Part shown: positions 5,765 to 9,617 of the stretch, piece by piece
Layout: each line of letters begins with the position of its first letter
Position numbering within the stretch: position 1 is the stretch's first letter
Source: a virus
Lineage: Duplodnaviria; Heunggongvirae; Uroviricota; Caudoviricetes
DNA: 9,617 nucleotides
Virus record (IMG/VR): IMGVR_UViG_2531839668_000010
Location: 1 to 9,617 of that record
Direction: 5' to 3' (one strand)
Notes under the pieces: generated by a model
What the model was told of the DNA's origin: nothing
What the model saw: the letters and a program-made list of their open reading frames with translations, nothing else
Databases searched by the model: none
Made by a program: the position numbers and the translations under genes

Positions 5765-8041
5765 TCAAATGGATAACGAGAATCCCGGCCACTCATCAGC
5801 GACCGGATACGTGAATTTTTTCCCGTCGTAATTTACGGTTGCCCCACGCGCCAGCGCCTCAAGCTCCCATCGCTGAGGCCTGATACCATTCTGAACAAGG
5901 TCAACGCGGATACGGGTGATTTGCATTCGTTCCGACCGGGTCAGTCTGGCCGACGGTGCAATTTCATGTGTTTTTAACGGACTTCCGTTTCTTTGCTGAC
6001 GATTTGGTGTTTTCAGACCGTGTTTTAATGCTCCCCTGAGCGCCCTCACGACCTCCGGGTCATTCCATTCGATAACACCGTCATCAACCAGATTTAGCAC
6101 TGCTGCAGCGTGCTCAGAAGGTGTGGGAGCCGGTAACGAAGCATCACTACCGGTGAGCTTTCCACAGTTATTGACAGGACTCCGAGGCGCGGCGATGCCG
6201 CTTTTTAAAGTCAAAGGCTCAACGACCGGAACTTTCGGCACAATGCGCCAGTCCGTCGTTCTGGTGATATGAATATGACGCGCGCCGAGATGCGGCGCGT
6301 AAATGCCGACCACTCTCTCGACTTCTTCCTCGTACTCGTTAACGTCATCCGACAGACTACGGGCGACCCTGACAGTCTGACAATCGCGCGGGACATTTGC
6401 CCCGCCCTGCGCGCTGATATACAGCGCAAAATCACCACTGTCTGCGGCGGCGCGTGCAGCCTCGACGCGCTCGTCAAACTCATCAGCAATGCTGACGCCG
6501 CGAGGCAATTTGCGTAGTTCACGGTAAGCCCCCATTGTCGGCAGGCCAACCGTTTTAAATTGCGGAATGCGCCACGTTGACGCCCATGCGGTAACAGCCG
6601 CTGCAGTGTCTTTCAGCGGCCTGCCGGTGTCGTTATCGAGCTGACCATCCAGTGCATAGCCGTCGATGTTTTTTGAAATGTATTTCGCGATATATCCCGC
6701 AGCACCGCCCCGGTTAAGGTGTTTTGCCTGAAAACGGTTTCGCGCGGCTCCTCTTTCGTCGCCATCCTCTTTGAGCGCATAGCGACGCATGATTTCGATA
6801 ATCTGGTTACGCTGGCGTGGATGACAAAAAAGCATCATATGCCAGTGCGGCGTTCCGTCGTGGTGTGGCTCGACGACTCGCAAACCGTAGACCTGTAAAT
6901 CATTATCCTTGAATGCCGTGCGCATCAGGCTCCAGATACGGCAGAGATAACGCTGCGCATCCTTTGGATTAAATGCCTCATCGTTCCAGCCGTGATTAAG
7001 CTGAACGGTTTTACTTTCGCCTTTTCCGACCTGACGTGTCGGGTGATACTTTGACGGCGCGGTCAGCGTGATAAACATCCCCACATCACCCTCTGCGGCG
7101 GCGTAACGCTCAATACCGGCAATGGTGTTCATCAGCTCCATCCGGCGAATTTCAGGATTAGAAATACTGCCCATCACCTTACTGATAAGGTCGATGCGCT
7201 CGCCGGTTTCCCTGTTTTCAAGGTCACACGATTTAAGAAATTCCAGATTTGCCTGGCGGCGCGCACGCACATCACGAATGGCGTGTTTACTGGCATAAGG
7301 AGAACGGTCTTTATTGACCTCCCCGACAGCTATCAGTAACGCCTCATGCCAGCGCATACGCTGGCCTTTAAGCTGATGAGTCCACCACTCATCGTTAAAC
7401 AGGCGGGCAATGGCAGAATATGCCTGCCTCGTGGTCATCTGTCCTTTACGGTATTTTTTCCAGTAGAGCGGGGAAATATTGAAAGCACGTGCAGCGCCAG
7501 CAACATGACCATACAGGTGAGCCTGCGCCTCATCCGTAAACAGCGATTCTTTTTCACCATGCGCATCAACCCATGCATCGCAGAGTTCCTCATACATCAT
7601 GAAAAGCTGCGATGAGATACGGGCGGCAAACTTTTTCAGCTCCTTGTCATTCATTCCCGGCAGGCGCGCATAGTGGTCACGCTCTGCCAGAAACAGCAAC
7701 GACGCGTCGGTGTTCATTTCATGGCGCTGATTCACACGCTCAATGCGCGGCCATAAACGACACTGAAAAGTAGATGTGAGGAAATAAAACCCGTGCACCG
7801 GGCTTTTATTGCGCCGGATGTAGTCATAGCGTGAAGTAAACAGCGAGCGCAAAAAGTAAGGCAGGCGGTTAATCGTGGATAAAACACCTTGCACCTGACG
7901 CATCTCGTCACGTGTAAGAGGTCTTTCGCGCCCGACAGCCTCGCGTGGCGCGTTCCATGCATAAGCACCGGTAAACGCCTTACCGGTGCCTGCGGTAAAT
8001 GCTGACGGAGGGACAAAACGCCCGGAGACTTTAACGGCCAT
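5765..8041 (-). CDS. A: Replication initiation protein A (P2 gpA, HUH rolling-circle endonuclease), ~758 aa from the ATG at 8041
   Basis: Long minus-strand ORF ending in TAA at 5767..5765. It carries an HUH motif (PHWHMML, about nt 6830-6850) and paired tyrosines (GYIAKYIS, about nt 6680-6694), as expected for P2 gpA. The ORF track starts at a TTG at 8083 (772 aa); I prefer the in-frame ATG at 8041, which gives a length close to P2 gpA and a short overlap with the upstream ORF stop. Confidence 0.9.
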   Translation of the reverse strand: MAVKVSGRFVPPSAFTAGTGKAFTGAYAWNAPREAVGRERPLTRDEMRQVQGVLSTINRLPYFLRSLFTSRYDYIRRNKSPVHGFYFLTSTFQCRLWPRIERVNQRHEMNTDASLLFLAERDHYARLPGMNDKELKKFAARISSQLFMMYEELCDAWVDAHGEKESLFTDEAQAHLYGHVAGAARAFNISPLYWKKYRKGQMTTRQAYSAIARLFNDEWWTHQLKGQRMRWHEALLIAVGEVNKDRSPYASKHAIRDVRARRQANLEFLKSCDLENRETGERIDLISKVMGSISNPEIRRMELMNTIAGIERYAAAEGDVGMFITLTAPSKYHPTRQVGKGESKTVQLNHGWNDEAFNPKDAQRYLCRIWSLMRTAFKDNDLQVYGLRVVEPHHDGTPHWHMMLFCHPRQRNQIIEIMRRYALKEDGDERGAARNRFQAKHLNRGGAAGYIAKYISKNIDGYALDGQLDNDTGRPLKDTAAAVTAWASTWRIPQFKTVGLPTMGAYRELRKLPRGVSIADEFDERVEAARAAADSGDFALYISAQGGANVPRDCQTVRVARSLSDDVNEYEEEVERVVGIYAPHLGARHIHITRTTDWRIVPKVPVVEPLTLKSGIAAPRSPVNNCGKLTGSDASLPAPTPSEHAAAVLNLVDDGVIEWNDPEVVRALRGALKHGLKTPNRQQRNGSPLKTHEIAPSARLTRSERMQITRIRVDLVQNGIRPQRWELEALARGATVNYDGKKFTYPVADEWPGFSLSI

Positions 8042-8306
8042 ATGAGCCAAAAGCCTCTGAACAACGCTTGCTGAGTTGCTCAACCTGCGCGTTTAAATCA
8101 GCAAAAGATTTTGCGCTTCCGGTCAGAATATCGTGATGCATCAGGCCGGAAACGAGCTGGCCTAATTTCGGGTAATAACCAACCACCGCCAGCCATTCCT
8201 GACCGGCGTTTTTACCGCTTTCCGCTCTCTTTTTCTCGTGGAGAATAAACTGAAAGCTGTCACTGGTAACGACATAACGTTCGCCAATTTCAATACGAAT
8301 ACTCAT
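8031..8306 (-). CDS. Small early-operon protein of unknown function (P2 orf83-like position), 91 aa
   Basis: ATG at 8306..8304 overlaps the upstream gene's stop (ATGA). It sits immediately upstream of A in a tightly coupled operon, in the position of the small ORFs between B and A in P2. The specific orf number is not verified. Confidence 0.7.
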   Translation of the reverse strand: MSIRIEIGERYVVTSDSFQFILHEKKRAESGKNAGQEWLAVVGYYPKLGQLVSGLMHHDILTGSAKSFADLNAQVEQLSKRCSEAFGSYGR

Positions 8307-8527
8307 GCCGTTCTCCGGTAATGTTTGTTTTTTGCTTCAAAGACTGACTGACAGGAAACACAACGCGTGGCTGACGGATAAGCCGCACGACGGGCAGCAG
8401 GTATTGGCGCGTCACACTCTTCGCAAACCAGCGCAGAAACACCGCAATGTTTTACCCTTGCCGCGTTAATCTGGCGCTCCAGTAATTCAGCCTGTTGTTC
8501 CTGAATAAAATCTACGTTGTCCGGCAT
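8303..8527 (-). CDS. TraR/DksA-family C4 zinc-finger protein (P2 orf82-like), 74 aa
   Basis: Carries a CEEC-x17-CVSC four-cysteine motif typical of TraR/DksA C4 zinc fingers. Its start overlaps the upstream stop (TAATG). P2 has a TraR-like ORF at this position. Confidence 0.8.
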   Translation of the reverse strand: MPDNVDFIQEQQAELLERQINAARVKHCGVSALVCEECDAPIPAARRAAYPSATRCVSCQSVFEAKNKHYRRTA

Positions 8528-8829
8528 TACCAGCTCCTTTTGTCGTTCAGCTTCTTAAATTCATCAGCGCAATAACTGGCGAGTTCTGTCGTTAATTTTG
8601 TCAGTTCATCCACTGAGGAAATTTGCTTGTGGAATACAGCGCGTTTAACAAGTAAATTGACCACATCAGACAGGAGGTTTAATTCACTCTGATAAATCGC
8701 GATAACAGATTCAGTTATTTCGCGCTTCTCTTTATCAATACCAAGTTGAATAAGAGACAAATCACCATTTTTCATAACGGCGATTTTTAAGGCGTTATTC
8801 AGTAATACAACCGAACGAGAACAGGACAT
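8527..8829 (-). CDS. Small early-operon protein of unknown function (P2 orf81-like position), ~100 aa
   Basis: The ORF-track start at 8832 is a TTG. The ATG at 8829..8827 overlaps the upstream stop TGA (8831..8829) and is the likelier start. Confidence 0.65.
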   Translation of the reverse strand: MSCSRSVVLLNNALKIAVMKNGDLSLIQLGIDKEKREITESVIAIYQSELNLLSDVVNLLVKRAVFHKQISSVDELTKLTTELASYCADEFKKLNDKRSW

Positions 8830-9053
8830 CAAAGCACCTCCCCGCGAGACAATCCGATATTGTGAAATTTTTCCGACTCCTGACTGAGCAGCTCAACTAT
8901 CTCCACGCGGGATAACTCCGCCTTTGTGATGTGGCGAATCATGGCGTCAAGATGAGAAGAAAAGCGCGTCGCAGCGTCGGCCTGTGCTTCGGTTCTGGCC
9001 TGTTGCAGCAGTAATGCGTATTTACCGCACTGATTTTCAGAAACTGTATGCAT
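8829..9053 (-). CDS. Small early-operon protein of unknown function (P2 orf80-like position), 74 aa
   Basis: ATG at 9053..9051 with a GGAG motif about 9 nt upstream. It is the first gene after B in the operon. Confidence 0.65.
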   Translation of the reverse strand: MHTVSENQCGKYALLLQQARTEAQADAATRFSSHLDAMIRHITKAELSRVEIVELLSQESEKFHNIGLSRGEVL

Positions 9054-9116
9054 GACTTTCTCCAGGCAAAAAGAAGCCCCGCACGATTAAGTGCGTTAAA
9101 AACTCTGGTTAATTAT

Positions 9117-9617
9117 TTAATGCAGATATTGCTCTGGTTTTACCGACGTCAGAATTGTCGGTGCATACTCAAACAGACTGAATAATTCACGTAATGCACG
9201 GAATAAAGCATCACGCCAGTAACATGATTCTTCATTAATTCGCCAGTACGGCTGATTGAATTCTTTTTCTGTCAATCCCGCATGCATAAATAAAGTACGA
9301 CGCTGACTGACTGTTAAAAAACTAATATATGCATACTCACTTGCGCCGACCTGACGGCGTTTTGAGAATGCGCCACGCAATTCATCAATTGCACAAACCA
9401 GTCGTTCACGTTCGACGTCGTTCATTTCTTCAAAACGCATCGTTGCGTGACGCTGTTTTAACTGCGCATGAAAGCAAACCGTTAGCCGTTCGCGCTCCAT
9501 CATGTGATTATAATAATCACATGTATCCTGCCAGCGAGGAACGGCAAGATGCTTACCAATTATCCGTCGCATAGCTGCTGGCTGTTTTTCAACGAGATTG
9601 AGCGTCATCACTGTCAT
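9117..9617 (-). CDS. B: Replication protein B (P2 gpB, helicase-loader-like), 166 aa
   Basis: Complete 166-aa minus-strand ORF whose ATG is the last three bases of the window. Length and sequence (MTVMTLNLVEKQPAAMRRIIGKHLAVPRWQDTC...) match P2 gpB as I recall it. It lies upstream of the small ORFs and A, as in the P2 early operon. Confidence 0.85.
   Translation of the reverse strand: MTVMTLNLVEKQPAAMRRIIGKHLAVPRWQDTCDYYNHMMERERLTVCFHAQLKQRHATMRFEEMNDVERERLVCAIDELRGAFSKRRQVGASEYAYISFLTVSQRRTLFMHAGLTEKEFNQPYWRINEESCYWRDALFRALRELFSLFEYAPTILTSVKPEQYLH

Noticed and set aside
6211-8064. ORFs 6211..6549 (-), 6269..6517 (+), 7346..7615 (+) and 7732..8064 (-) within gene A
   Set aside because: They are alternative-frame or antisense shadows inside the gpA coding region.
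9054-9116. Hairpin CGCAC-TTAATC-GTGCG between B and the next ORF as an intra-operon terminator or attenuator
   Set aside because: The stem is only 5 bp and the T-run is separated from it by GGGCT, so it is not convincing.
9329-9574. 81-aa plus-strand ORF inside gene B
   Set aside because: It is antisense to the full-length gpB coding sequence.
1-9617. Search for tRNA genes, CRISPR repeats, IS elements, att sites or integrase
   Set aside because: I saw no periodic direct repeats, tRNA-like structures or transposase or integrase frames. The prophage ends (int and att) must lie outside the window.

Overview
This window is a segment of a P2-family (Peduovirus-like) prophage from an enterobacterial genome, laid out in cos-joined prophage order and reverse-complemented relative to the standard P2 map. 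All calls come from reading the sequence and from my recollection of P2 proteins and the P2 cos sequence; no database search was run. Reading from 9617 down to 1: the early/replication operon B, four small ORFs (one TraR/DksA-like) and A on the minus strand; a ~2.3 kb AT-rich cargo island (3455-5764); the P2-type cos site (3436-3454); portal gene Q on the plus strand, preceded by a ~95-codon C-terminal remnant of terminase gene P; then directly tail genes U and D and the late activator ogr on the minus strand. The capsid, lysis and most tail genes (P2 P through T) are absent, so this is a deletion derivative or cryptic prophage that keeps cos, replication, portal, two tail genes and ogr. The most interesting part is the cargo island, which sits where P2 carries orf91/tin/old, a known hotspot for variable anti-phage cargo. 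It holds one long, low-GC coding region of about 537 codons with no motif I recognise, split into two frames at an A7 run (4402-4408) and ending in a predicted C-terminal transmembrane helix, followed by ~530 bp of AT-rich sequence with no convincing ORF. I found no tRNA, CRISPR array, IS element or att site in the window.
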